Positions 37,904 to 51,644 of a DNA stretch of 64,000 nucleotides are shown in pieces; position 1 is the first letter of the stretch; the number at the start of each line of letters is the position of its first letter. The notes beneath the pieces were generated by a model, which saw only the letters and a list, made by a program, of their open reading frames with translations, did no database searches and was not told where the DNA came from. A program made the position numbers and the translations under genes. Origin of the DNA: Octopus sinensis (taxonomy: Eukaryota); NCBI RefSeq assembly GCF_006345805.1, contig NW_021833983.1:6305-70304 (forward strand). The letters run 5' to 3'.

Positions 37904-38550
37904 TCTACCCTCCACCGTAACATGTAATTCTTCCCTTCCTGGAAGGCAGATGAGCGCTGGGAACTTGTGAATAGCTTCTGGTTGACTGTGGAGGAGTAAC
38001 TCCACACAAGTCCCAGACCAATTTTCACGTCGCGTTCTTTTGACCTCCAGGAGGCTGTTATTCCCTTCCAAAACGTTCGCTGTGAGAATCCACCACAGGT
38101 TTACCTCTGGTGGCACCCCAGCGACCTTTATGCGCACCATCCTCCTCCTTCCTAAATAGGATGAATGAAGCACATATTTTTCATTCCGGCAGAAAACCAC
38201 GAAGTGTTTGGCGGCCAGAGCTTCAGATTTAAATAAAGAGCCCTGAAAAGCCCACAAACTGTTTTGCCCTTGAAATATGAAGAATGTCGAGTGTTATGTC
38301 TTTCAGTGCCCTTTACACGTCCGCCTGGTTCGCCGTCTCTGGCCGCTTCGTGTTGTCTGTACAACACTGTTTTCTTTTTTTGTTTCTGTCAACATCTTGT
38401 GGGGGATGACAATACTGGCTTGCGCCGTTTCCAGTCTTATTAACTCAACTGCCTCAGCTAGACACATGTCTTTCTGAAGCAGATCCATACAAAAATATCC
38501 TTTGCTTCTTGCTGCTGTCTCTGCGAAAGAAGTAGTCTGGCTCATGTTGT
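37904..38550 (-). mobile_element. LINE ORF1/gag-like fragment fused to the RTE piece
   Basis: RIKVAGVPPEVNLWWI...LHVTVEGRR resembles the RRM region preceding the CCHC knuckle in Tx1/L1-type ORF1p; frameshifted upstream. Confidence 0.45.
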
Positions 38551-39307
38551 CATTTATTATTACGATGTTATTGGTTGTGCAGTTGGTTGTGGTCGAGAGA
38601 CTGTCACTATGTGCTGTCTTTTGTTTATTCGTTGTAGTTGTGGTGGGTGGTGTATGGTGGTGGTGGCGCAGTTGTCTGCACTCTTGATACTGCTGCTATG
38701 AACTGTCTTTTGAGTGGGAGTATTCCACTGAATTGGAGGGAATTCAGCTTCGTAGTTTGTGATGTCGCTAAAGATGTTCGTATTATTATTGTTTGAAGTA
38801 TCTGCAATTTCGTGTGCGATAATTTAGACCTGCTGTGTACTCGCCTCCCCCTCTATTGGTGAATAGTAGGTGGAAGGCACTTCGGTGTCTTGCATCTCTC
38901 TATCTCAAACACTTCTCAACTCCTCTTCTATGTTCTTCAACAAAGCTGGTTTCACCATATTCGCTTTGTTTTAAAATTAATTTTGAAACAATTAGTTTGA
39001 GATTACAGACTTCAAAGGGGGCACTAACAACACAAAGCGACCCACCTATGCAAAGGTGGTGCTTTAGAAAAAAATGTTTAGTAACAAAAGAAACAATTAA
39101 CAACTTGGAAACAAAATTTTGGAGGAAAAAACTTAGGAGTGGACAAACACGTGCAACCGACCAGGACAACGAACAACAACAACAACAACAAAACAACAAC
39201 AACAATAATAATAATAAATAATAATAATAATAATAATAATAATAGTGATGATGATGATGATGATGATAATAATAATAATAATAATAAAATAATAATAATA
39301 ATAATAA

Positions 39308-39810
39308 TGCCCTGATGCAGTACCAGGCAGTGGCTCTCATGGCTTCTGATCTTAACTGATTGGAAGTGTTATCATGTACATTGTTTTGTCTTGGTATAAA
39401 AGATGGGCTACAGCAAATACTCTGCTCAATACCACAGATTTGCTTGTCAGTTGTTTGACCTTAACCAGTTGAGCATGTCCCTTAGTGGCTGACGATATGT
39501 GCTTCTCTGATCACGAGCAGATGTAGTGGAGGAGCATCATAGCCATGTGTTGAGAGGGATTCTTTGGGGTTTGAATAATTCACTTCTGGAAACATGGGTG
39601 TTTTCTTCATCATCCTTAATACAAAATTCTAACTAGCCCCACCCGTAAGGTCATGCACTGTTTACTTTGACATGAAATCACCATGTCACGCACATATGAT
39701 TGTGATGCATGTGCCTGGTGTACCCTTATTAGACGGGTAGCCATGATGGGTGTAATGGGCTTCGTATATTTTACCCCAGTGTCACTTTGATGGTATACCC
39801 AGCTCTCTCA
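39308..39810 (+). mobile_element. Family C ~550-bp retroposon in (AAT)n
   Basis: tgccctgatgcagtacc...gctctctca flanked by (AAT)n; five copies in the window. Confidence 0.8.
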
Positions 39811-39844
39811 TAAAATAATAATTATTATTATTTCAAATTTTTGC

Positions 39845-40037
39845 CACAAGGGCAGCGTGGGGAAGGTGGTGATGAGTCGATGACGTTGATCCCAGTGTAC
39901 TTATTTTTTATCGACCCCGAAAGTATGAAAGGCAAAGTCGACCTCGGCGGGATTTGGAATCAGAACGTAGCAACGGGCGAAATACCGCTAAGCATTTCGT
40001 CCCAGCGTGTAAACGATTCTCGCAGCTTACCCCCTTA
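39845..40037 (-). mobile_element. SINE family A
   Basis: atcgaccccgaaagtatgaaaggcaaagtcgacctcggcgg. Confidence 0.8.
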
Positions 40038-40041
40038 TTCA

Positions 40042-40078
<37 letters not shown>

Positions 40079-40605
40079 CGCTATTGACCGCAAAGGGTTA
40101 ACATCTAGAAACACATTATGGACAGTACAGGACAAAATATTGAATGTCCGTATGTGTGTGTGTATGTCTGTGATAGAAATCTGCCGCGTTAGCAACGCCC
40201 TCTGCCGTTAGATTGCACGTTATATAATTGACGTTGGTGGCTGTAAACTTTATTTTCTTTTTAATGTCATATGTAAAAAATTTGGGTTCTTTTGCCTTTG
40301 TCATTTTAATTCCTACAGCGAAGCACGTGACACGGTTGATGTTTATCAGAGGTCAAGTGGAATTGTCGCCCTTCAGCCGAATGAGCCAAAGCAGATTTTA
40401 TCGAAAAAAGACGATAACAAACAAATATATAATAAAATTAAAAAAGTCTTGCTCCCCCTCCTTACTTCCCCCTCCTCTCTCTCTCTCTCTCGCAATACAC
40501 ACACACACATATGCATACAAACATTAAAACAGAGCATATATGCACATATATATATGTAAATATGTATATATATATATACATACACACACACATATATATA
40601 TATAT

Positions 40606-40679
<74 letters not shown>

Positions 40680-41608
40680 CATATATATACATACATATAT
40701 ATATATACATATATATATATATTTATATTCCACATTCTACACTAATGTAAAAATAATTGCATAATTGCGAGTTTAGTTATTTTATCTTCGATGCTTATTT
40801 TGGAATAAACTGCCTTTAAATCTGTTCATATTACATACCATTTTGAAGTACATATTTCGGTCTTTTGTTTTGTAAGGATGAATTTGTTTTCCTTCTTCAT
40901 TCAACTTTATTTTAAGCTTTTAAATTAATTACAAAAATAACACAAATTCGAGAAATGTTTTTTGCGTTAGTTTATAACAGAATGCAAAACAGCAAATCTT
41001 ATTCTCAGTATTAAGCAAACATCTTGCCAATGGGGGCCGTCAAGGAATGCATAGCTCAGTTTTGGGTCTCAAAATTTTGTTGTGGAGACCGTAGAAACAA
41101 AGAGAGCGACTATCTGGAAGTTATTCTTGAGACAGACCTCAAAAAACCGTTGTTCGTAATCCCTTCAAAGGATGTTTTGTCCTTGCGATTTTATGTGGCA
41201 TTTATTTTACGTGTCATTTTATGTTCATGATTTACATACTGGTAGGAAATGCATATATTTAGAGCATTTGCATCAATTGTTAAATTTATTGTAGGTAAAG
41301 AAGGTAAATCTGCAGGAGCCTTTGTTTTCAATGCAATGAGTTAACCCTATTACCGCATAGCTGTATCTCATTAGTCTAACCTTGTAATGCTTCTACTAAT
41401 TATCATGTTAATAGCACCGAGAACGCACTTACTATATCCACACAAGCAAATTTTCACAATCTTCTTTAATCAAACTTGCTCTCAATAATTTTTAAATTTG
41501 CAACTTATTGCAAGCTTAAAATAACTTCAAACTTGTCTAGATTAGCGTTGTGTAAATTGAGACTTCAGTTAAGGAGTTTAATAGAATCTTGTTGCATTAT
41601 AATCTTGA

Positions 41609-41944
41609 CTTCGTTTATAACATTGTTACTAACATTTACTAATAAAATCTGAACTTGTATTTAGTACTCAGGTGCACTACAACTAAAATAAACTTCGTTT
41701 ATAACATTGTTACTAACATCTACTAATAAAATCTGAACTTGTATTTAGTACTCAGGTGCACCACAACTAAAATAAACTTCGTTTATAACATTGTTACTAA
41801 CATCTACTAATAAAATCTGAACTTGTATTTAGTACTCAGGTGCACTACAACTAAAATAAACTTTGTTTATAACATTGTTACTAACATCTACTAATAAAAT
41901 CTGAACTTGTATTTAGTACTCAGATGCACTACAACTAAAAAAAA
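41609..41944. repeat. Four tandem 84-bp units at a CR1 3' end
   Basis: Units start at 41609, 41693, 41777 and 41861. Confidence 0.95.
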
Positions 41945-42445
41945 AAACATGAAAGAAATGAAATAAGGGTGGGGGCATCGGGTGTACTGTTGGTGAATTT
42001 CAGGAATCATGGAAGTTTTTAAGTATTTAGTGTCACGACAGCTAACACCTAATGCAGGTAGTTTATTACATTCTTCAGCAATTCTGAGCATGGAATAATG
42101 TTTCCGAAAGTCATAAGTACTGTGTTGTTTTTTTGATTTTGTAAGCATGTTCACGTTTGTTAGACATGGGATTTAAATAGGTGTACGAGGTTGTCGCCGG
42201 AAAGACGATGGATATTCGTAAAGGTGTCTGCCAAGTCAGTTGCTAGACATCGTAGCTTTAATGTGTCCATGCCCAGGGAAGCAAGATGTTCAGAGTATGG
42301 CAGATGCCTGATGGCAGGTATTCGTTTCGTTGCACGTTTCTGAACACTTTCTAGGAGATTGGTATGCTGAGCTAGATAGAGGTTCCTGACTGGTAATGAA
42401 AACTCTGAAAACATATCTCTCGGCACAAGCCCTCCAAATATGTTA
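41915..42445 (-). mobile_element. CR1-like LINE 3' fragment
   Basis: LLESVQKRATKRIP...LPYSEHL...LKLRCL..DL; ECNKLPALGVS. Confidence 0.8.
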
Positions 42446-42608
42446 TGTCCAAACTTAATAGGTGTGCAGTCTAACCTTAATATTTCTTTGGTCCAATGTA
42501 GGACACCTGGCATATCTACAGATATGGGTTCGTTTCTCGTGGGAAGCCTTCGAATTTTACTATCTAAAAGGCTTCTTTGACCCATTATTAATATGGCATT
42601 CTTTAGAG

Positions 42609-42861
42609 CAGTTATTCCCAAACATTTTCGGACTGCCGTCCCATTGACAGGCCATATTCCTAGCACCCCCCCCCAGCCTACTTAACTATCACAAACGTAG
42701 ACATCTTACTGAAGCAAATTCAAAGCAACTGTATTTCACAAATAAAACTTAACCTAGTGAACCCGTTATTTTGTTGTTGAATCGCTATCCCATTATCGCC
42801 CCACTTTTCTTCAACGCTGCCTGGGGGAAGGGGGAAATACCGCCCACTTCGGGAAGCTCTA
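42609..42861. mobile_element. hAT MITE
   Basis: cagttattcccaaac TIR; ctttagag/ctttatag 8-bp TSD with one mismatch; same family as 58290-58566. Confidence 0.75.
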
Positions 42862-44369
42862 CTTTATAGCTTTACGTCTGCATCGAGATCCACTATTCCA
42901 AAAATATGTACGTATATATAGTGAGAGTGAACAGGTTTGTTGTAGCTATATTAAACAATATATAAAGAAAATAATTGAAAACATTAAATGGAAGTTTAAA
43001 AAGGGAAAAGATGTCAGGGGGGGAGACACATCATAGCTCTATTGACATCCAGCCCTAGAATATATATGTATGTATATGTATATATATATGTATATATATA
43101 ACTGTGTGTGTGTGTCTGTGTGTGTGTGTCTGTGTGTGTGTGTCCGTGTGTTTGAGCTGACTGGATAGCGGGAAGGAATGGATTGACATGTACAATACTG
43201 CACCCACTGACAGGAAATATGACCCCCATGAGTGCTGCAAAAAATATGATACATACATACATACATATATATATATACATCCATATATATATATATATAT
43301 ACATGCGCGCACGCATATATATACATATATGCGTGTGTATGTATGTATGGATGGATGGATAGGTGGACGGATGGATATGTATGTCTGTGTATGTATATGT
43401 GTGTTTCTGTCTGCTTGTGTGTGTGTGTGTATGTTTGTGTGTGCGTGTGTGTGCGTGTGTGTGCGTGTGTGTTTCTGTGCGTGTGTTTGTGTATGTGTGT
43501 GTGTGTCTGTATGTGTGCGTATATGTATATATTTCTTGACACTTCCGAAAGCTGTAGCCTTGACTTTTGGGTGTCAAGACGTCACATTTGTTGGTTTGCT
43601 TTGTTTTTATATTGTTTTGGTTTTCGGAATTGTATTCCCACACTAGCCGGAGCACACACATATCCATTCATATACACACTCACGTACACACACACACATA
43701 TCTGCCTCTATGTGATAGTCTGTGTGTACGTGTGTGTTTGTGGTCATAGTACATTCGTCAGCAATAAAATACACACTCTTAAACACAAGTGCAGATGTTC
43801 GTATCCATACATACACGCGCGCAAATACTCACACATAGACATACACGCGCGCACTGTATCTATTTTACACACGCACAGACACACATATATACACGCACAC
43901 ATATATGGTTATACCCACGTGCGTGTGAGTGTGTGCGATTGTATGAGAGAGAATGTGTATGTGCGTGTCGTAGTGTGTCTGTGCGTATACATACATTTAT
44001 ATACACAGCTGCATATACCCTAACGAGACCGTGGTGGAAATACACATACACACACACAGATACGCATACATATACACATACTTATACACATATACACATA
44101 CATACACACACATACATATACATTCACTTTTTTCGGTTTAGACCCTACATCCGTTTCGTGGTCACGAAGCAAACTACCGACGATCCAAACTACCTAATTG
44201 TTTAATTAACATATACGTTGCTGAGTATTCCACAGGGTCGTGTACCTCGAACGGAATTCTTACACATAGAAACAGAGAGAAAGACACACTGTGTATGTGT
44301 GTGTGTGTGTGTGCGTGCGTTTTCTTTTACCCCATCAACACATTGATGAGGTGTGCGAAACAGAAAGTG

Positions 44370-44406
<37 letters not shown>

Positions 44407-44614
44407 CAGACGAACAGAGGAACAGAGAGAGAAAAAACAGACAGTCAGAATGGGAGAGAAAAAGACAGTGTGTGTGTCTATATGTATGTGTGTGTATCTA
44501 TATGTATGTGTGTGTGCGTTTCTTATAGCCCCATCAACACACTTACTCTACAATGATGTCAATTTGGTACACCATCCAGGACAAAAAATTAAATAAATAA
44601 ATAAAAACAATAAT

Positions 44615-44945
44615 CTGTTGTGTCAGGGGAGAGTCATTTTCTTTTTGTACCTTATTTTTTAACACACTCACCGGTAAAATTTCCACTTATTTCTTATTTT
44701 TATTTTCCTAAAATTTTCGTTGCGTCTTGCAACTTTTTCAATAGTCTTGACACTCGAGTCAAGACTATTGAGAAGGTTGCAAGATGCAGCGAAAATAAAA
44801 ATAAGGACTAAATGGAAATTTTACCGGTGAGTGTGTTAAATTATAAGGCACAAAAAGAAAATGACTCTCCCCAGACACAACAGAATATGCTTCAACATAC
44901 GAACTCACATAAAGAATCTTGCAAACTAAATCCAAAAACGAAAAA
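44615..44945. mobile_element. Palindromic element (~270-bp foldback) with variant HHR-like motif at 44707-44746(-)
   Basis: Centre gtcttgacactcgagtcaagac; second copy at 49075-49373. Confidence 0.8.
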
Positions 44946-44949
44946 CAAT

Positions 44950-45659
44950 AATGTTAATGATCATATGATTAACAACTTCCCAGGAGAAAGTCGACAATAA
45001 TTAAATTCAGACACTTTGTCGATGGAAATTATCACCAGTATCCACAGGATTTCCATAACAACTTGAATCTTATGCATAGGATCTCACTGAAAAAGTACTG
45101 TCCTATAATGCTCCTACGAAATTCTGACCCTGCCAATGGACATTGCAACGGAATAAGATACACCGTCACGCAACTCAATTCTCACGTCATCGACGCAGCC
45201 ATAGCGATTGACCCTCAAAGTGGAAAGCCTCTGTTCATACATCGGATACCACTGGTTTCCATTCCAATTACCACACAGGCAGTTTCCCATCAAAGTAGCC
45301 TTCTCATTCACTGCTAACAAGTCTCAGGGCCAGACTTCAGATCGTGTTGGTGTGTTTCTATCCACTCCGATGTTTACACTCGGCCAGTTGTATGTCGCTA
45401 TGAGCAGAGCAACGGACTCAGCTAATTTGAAAATTAGTGTTGATCAAACACAAAATATCGCTAACAAAGAAGTTTTGTAAACGTAATAATATCATAAATA
45501 TGTTCTACGTAAAGTTGTACATAAGTAGACTCAAAACCAACCATTATATTTTGTTACATTTCCCATGCCATATTTCAGTATAAATACATTCATACATTCA
45601 CGTTATTATTATTTTCAACACTCCTTTCATTTGCCATCGTAGATGAGTAGATTTGCTAG
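44950..45659 (+). mobile_element. Helitron Pif1-like helicase C-terminus and 3' end
   Basis: PIMLLRN.DP..GHCNG, RQFPIKVAFSFTANKSQGQT, GQLYVAMSR; ends CTAG|T at 45659. Confidence 0.88.
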
Positions 45660-45687
45660 TAATAATAATAATAATAATAATAATAAA

Positions 45688-46236
45688 TGCCCTGATTCAG
45701 TACCAGGCAGTGGCCGTCATGACCTCTGATCTTAACTAATTGGAAGTGTTATCATGTACATTGTTTTGTCTTGGTGATGGGCTACAACAAATATTCTGCT
45801 CAATACCACAGGTTTGCTTGTGAGTTATTTTTACTTAATTAGTTGAGCATGTCCCTTTATGGCTGACAATATGTGCTTCGCTGGTCACGAGCAGTAGTAG
45901 TGGAAAGCATGACAACCATGGAGAGTATGTTGTGAGGAATTCTTTGGGAGTTTGGATAACTCTCCTTTGGAAACATGAGTGTTTTGTTCATCATCCATAA
46001 ACAACATTTATTCAGGGACCTTTTGAGCGGAATGGGCTACTCAACCCGAAGAAAAATTCTAACTGGGCCCGACCTGCAAGATCATGCGCTGTTTATCTTG
46101 ATATGAGATCACTATGTCGAGCACATATGACTGTGCCTAGTGTAGCCTTATCAGATGGGTAGTCATGATGGGTGTAATGGGCTTCGTATATTTGTACCCC
46201 AGTGTCACTTTGATGGTATACATAACTCTCTCACTC
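45688..46236 (+). mobile_element. Family C retroposon, full length, in (AAT)n
   Basis: Same ends as the 39308 copy. Confidence 0.8.
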
Positions 46237-46258
46237 AATAATAATAATAATAATAATA

Positions 46259-46342
<84 letters not shown>

Positions 46343-46433
46343 TCATTATAACAATAACAATAATAATAATAACAACAACAATAACAATAACAACAACAAC
46401 AACAACAACAATAGCAACGACAACAACAACAAT

Positions 46434-46476
<43 letters not shown>

Positions 46477-46496
46477 GCAACAACAACAACAACAAC

Positions 46497-46575
<79 letters not shown>

Positions 46576-47986
46576 GCGAAATCCATGGCGAACCAGCTGA
46601 TCTGCTTCAGGACAGATTACATCTTAATATCACGGATGTTGGTACCGGCTGTTACATTAGTACTAAGAGGCGAAATAAACTACTCTCAAGCAATGAAAAT
46701 CGAAAGTCCCCATATACCGCCATTATTGCGAGCTTTTATCCACGACACCATCGTTACAATGTGTTCCATCATTGCTATAGCTAAGAACCAACAATTTTTG
46801 GATGACATATTCTTGTAAAGTTGATTCGCAAAATGTCGTGGTCTTACTATAAAACCGGAGCCCAAGTTAAGGAATTCCTCTTCGAACTTAGAAGAAAGCC
46901 GGTTCTAATGATCAGGCAGCTGGTAATTGGAAACCTTGTGTGTATTTAGACAGGCTACTAAAATGATGGCTACCAAGAGAGGTTCCTAGATCGAGTCCAA
47001 GCTAAGACAAGGTTTAATTGCCATTGAGAAGGGGGTGAGAACGTGACAGGAATCCCCTTCTCAAGAGGAGATCGTCATAATTGTGATTTGGTAATTGTAA
47101 TACATCCTCTAGAGGTAGAGATTATTTTAGTAAATCAAGAATTTATGTTGTATGGTATTTGATATACCCGTATTCATCTATGTTGATCATTCTGGCCATT
47201 CTGAGTTATTTTTCGTTCATTATTTTTTTTTTTGTTTAAATTATCTAATTATCAGCATGGATTTCGTTTGTTCTTCAGAACTTCAGGGTACTCATTGACA
47301 AGAGGGAAGAATCTGGAGAAATATGTGGGCAGAGTTCTTACGAAAATGGCTCGGTCACACCGTCGCGCTTAATGAGAAATGGATGTAGGGTGAGCACAAG
47401 AGAAAATCTCCAGCTGCTTTGATGTCGTTTAATGGAACTGTTTAAAGTAGCCAAAAAGCACTCTTCCCAAAAACTACGGGATTTACACACACACACAATT
47501 CTCTCTCTTTCTTCCCCTCTCTGTCAGTCTCTCTCTCTCTTTCCCTCTCTGTTGGTCTCTCTCTCTCTCTCTATCGCTATCTCTCGCACACACACGCATC
47601 CATATACGCACATACATGCATGCGTACCTTTGACAAAGCAGCTCATGTCTGACATGTGATCCATGCAAAAGTACACCTGAACTCCGTTTACTCTTTCTAT
47701 TTCAGTCAATATTTTCAAGCTTTTATACTTACCTATCTATATATATTTATATATCTATATGTTTATATCTTTAACGACAGTGCAGTATATTTACATATTT
47801 AATAATATAAGTTTACAACTATGTAATGTTTACAATTTTTTTTATTTATTTCGTGACGTCAGTGCATATACAAAAATAAACACAAAAACTAAATTTTATG
47901 ATATTCTGCATCAGACATGCGATTTAAAATAAGGTTTAGTGAGAATGTTTACTATATTTTTTCTCCTCAATATGAATTATTAAGAC

Positions 47987-48590
47987 AGCGAACTGGCAGA
48001 ATCGTTAGCACGCGGGGCGAAATGCTCAGCGGTATTTCGTCTGTCGTTACGTTCTGAGTTCAAATTCCGCTGAGGTCGACTTTGCTTTTCATCCTTTCGG
48101 GGTCGATAAATTAAGTACCAGTTACGCACTGGGGTCGATGTAATCGACTTAATACCTATGTCTGTCCTTGTTTGTCTCCTCTGTGTTTAGCCCCTTGTGG
48201 GTAATAAAGAAATAGGTATTTCGTCTATCGTTACGTTCTGAGTTCAAATTCCGCTGAGGTCGACTTTGCTTTTCATCCTTTCGGGGTCGATTAAATAAGT
48301 ACCACTAACGCACTGGGTTAATGTAAATGATTGAAACCCTTTGTCTGCCCTTCTTTGTCCCCTATATGTTTAACCCCCTGTGGGCAATAAAGAAATAAAT
48401 ACGAATTATACACCTTAGCGTGCCGGGTAAAATGCTGATCGGCATTTCGTTTGTCTTTACGCTTTGAATTCATATTCCGCCGAGGTCGACTTTGCTTGCT
48501 GGGTCGATTAAATAAGTATCGTTTGAGCACTGGGGTCAGAGTAATCAGCTTACACCTCCCACAAAATTGCTGGCCTTGTACCGAAATTTG
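47987..48590 (+). mobile_element. SINE family A cluster with partial tandem units
   Basis: Head at 47987; restart at ggtatttcgtct ~48216; further diverged copy ~48410-48590. Confidence 0.85.
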
Positions 48591-48796
48591 AAATCAATAT
48601 GAATTATGATATGTTGCCAACAAATAGGTGTATCAAATTCTAAATGGGTTTTAAGTAATTATGATGATATACGTTGTACAAGATTTCGATAAAGTTTAAC
48701 ATCCGAATGTCTAACACGAAAAAATATTCATGCTAATATATATATAATATATGTGTGTGTGTGTGGTGTGTGTGGTGGTGTGTGTGTGGTGTGTGT

Positions 48797-48862
<66 letters not shown>

Positions 48863-49048
48863 GGAGAATTGACAAAGCAAAAAAGAAAAGACGAAGACAG
48901 GTGGTGTAGACAACAAACAGATGTATTAGTATAACGCTCGGGAAGTGGAAAAGCCTATAACGTTTCGAGCCTACGCTCTTCCTCACAAGGAACACAAGAA
49001 AGAAACAAGGAGAGAAAATAAAGAACGTGTGGTGGCTAGCGATCTATC
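48863..49048 (-). mobile_element. Family D HHR repeat
   Basis: acgtttcgagcctacgctcttcc; core degenerate. Confidence 0.7.
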
Positions 49049-49074
49049 ATCTATGATATATATATATATATTTC

Positions 49075-49372
49075 GTTTTGGGATTTGGTTTGCAAGACTC
49101 TTTATATGAGTTCGTGTGTTGAAGCAAATTCTGTTGTGTCTGGGGAGAGTAATTTTCTTTTTGTGCCTTATAATTTAACACACTCACCGGTAAAATTTCC
49201 ACTTATTTCTTATTCTTATTTTCCTAAAATTTTCGTTGCGTCTTGCAACCTTTTCCATAGTCAAGACTATTGAAAAGGTTGCAAATAAAAATAAGAAATA
49301 AGTGGAAATTTTACCGGTGAGTGTGTTACATTATAAGGCACAAAAATAAAATGAGTCTCCCCAGACACAACA

Positions 49373-49373
<1 letters not shown>
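49075..49373. mobile_element. Second copy of the palindromic element seen at 44615
   Basis: ctgttgtgtctggggagag ... ctccccagacacaacag. Confidence 0.8.
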
Positions 49374-49413
<40 letters not shown>

Positions 49414-49654
49414 CAGGTAGGATATTCTAGTCAGTTATGGCCCATTTAAATAATGCTAAAGTGTTAAGCAAAATTGTGGATACAAGGATAAAGTTTTAGG
49501 TTGACTCTACCTCCACAGTCAAGCATCTGCCATAAACAAACCAAACAATGATACCTGGTGGTTGTCAAAAATGACTGAAAGGTTGATAAATTGCGAGCAG
49601 AAGGTTAAGTAAAAGATTATATTTAGCTACATGATCACCTCCAACCACACCAAG

Positions 49655-49759
49655 TCGTTATTGTTGTTAATTATTATTATTATTATTATGCTTAGTATTA
49701 TTATTATATTATTATTATTATTATTGATTATTTTATTATATATAGTATTATTATTATTA

Positions 49760-49793
<34 letters not shown>

Positions 49794-49895
49794 GTATTAG
49801 TATATCATCATTATTATTATTATTATTATTATTATCATTATTATTATTATTTATTATTATTATTTATTAGTTTATTATTATTATTATCGATCATA

Positions 49896-49930
<35 letters not shown>

Positions 49931-49932
49931 CA

Positions 49933-49972
<40 letters not shown>

Positions 49973-50391
49973 CATCATATTATTATTATTATTATTATTA
50001 TATTATTATATATTATTATTATTATTATTATGATTAGCATCATTATTATTATTATTATATTAGTATTATATTATTATTAGTCTTATTATTATCATCATTA
50101 TTATTATTATTATGATTATTATTATATTATTATTAGCATAATTATTATTATTATCATCCTTATATCATTATTATTATATATATTATTTTTTATTATTATT
50201 AAAATTATTATTATTATTCTTATATTATATTATTATTATTATTATTATTATTATTGATTATTGATTATTATTCTTATTATTATTATGGTTATATTATTAT
50301 TATTATTATATTATCATTATTATTATTATTATTATTATTATATTATTATTATTATTAGTATTATCAGTATTATTATATTATTATATTATTA

Positions 50392-50440
<49 letters not shown>

Positions 50441-50459
50441 GATTATTATTATTATCTTA

Positions 50460-50494
<35 letters not shown>

Positions 50495-50512
50495 ATTATT
50501 ATTATTATTAAT

Positions 50513-50551
<39 letters not shown>

Positions 50552-50668
50552 TATTATTATTATTATTATATTTTTATTATTATTATTATTATATGATTAT
50601 TATTATTAGACTATTATTATTATTATTATTATTATTTTATTTTATTATTATTATTATTATTATTATTA
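49655..50668. repeat. ~1-kb degenerate (ATT)n tract
   Basis: ATT trimers with frequent single-base slips. Confidence 0.95.
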
Positions 50669-50811
50669 CATCTTGAATCCAGCTAGCTACATGATGCTTT
50701 CATCATTTAATGGTCCATATTTTACAGATTTTTTACAGCTGAATACCCTTGCCTATCCAAGAAGGTAATATTTTCCCATGCTTAAACACATTTTGCTCTG
50801 ATGACTGGAAG

Positions 50812-51243
50812 CAAAGGCGGCTAGCTGGCAGAAATGTTAAGCACGCCGGGCGAAATGCTGAGCGGTATTTCGACTGCCGTTAGGTTGTGAGTTCAAATTC
50901 CGCCGAGGTCGATTTGCCTTTCATCATTTCGGGGTCGATAAATCAAGTACCAGTTACGCACTGGGGTCGATATAATAAATGTATTCCCTTTGTCTGTCCT
51001 CGTTTGTCTCCTCTATGTTTAGCCCCTTGTGGGCAATAAAGAAATAAGAAAAACACGCCGGGGCGAAATGCTTAGCGTTATTTCGTCTGTCTTTACGTTC
51101 TGGGTTCAAATTCCGCCAAGGTTGACTTTGCTTTACATCCTTTCGGGGGCGATAAATTAGGTACCAGTTTTGTACTGAGGTAGATCTAATCGACTGGCCC
51201 CCCTCCCCAAAAGTGTCGGGCCTTGCGCCTAGAGGAGAAAAGA
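50812..51243 (+). mobile_element. SINE family A, two adjacent units
   Basis: aaggcggctagctggcagaaatg head; second unit at ~51055 with the alternative tail. Confidence 0.85.
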
Positions 51244-51356
51244 AGACTCGAAGCAAACAAATCACATGTAAGGTGATGTTTCTCATTTACAGTTATATCT
51301 AATCAAAGCACACACAAACATATGCATATATACACACACACACACACACACATATA

Positions 51357-51397
<41 letters not shown>

Positions 51398-51452
51398 CAT
51401 ACATACATACATACATACATACATACATACATACATACACACATATACATAT

Positions 51453-51644
51453 GATAGATCGCTAGCCACTACACCTTCTTTATTTTCTCTCCTTGTTCCT
51501 TGTTTCTTTCTGTGTTCCTTTCAATGGAAAAGCGTAGGCTCGAAACGTTAAAGACTTTTTCACTTCCCGAGCGTTAAAGTAATACAGGTTTATTGTCTAC
51601 ACCACCTATCTTCGTCTTCTGTTTTTTTTTTGTGAATTCTCCCC
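51453..51644 (+). mobile_element. Family D HHR repeat
   Basis: cttt caatgga a aagc gtag gctc gaa acgt t aaag. Confidence 0.7.

Noticed and set aside
41609-41944. CRISPR-like appearance of regular repeats
   Set aside because: The units are contiguous with no unique spacers, in eukaryotic DNA with no cas genes.
42160-42666. 168-aa ORF
   Set aside because: It is a fortuitous join of hAT MITE sequence, flank and a CR1 fragment.
46570-46818. ~80-codon non-repetitive open frame after (ATT)n
   Set aside because: No recognisable motif or splice signals; compatible with chance.
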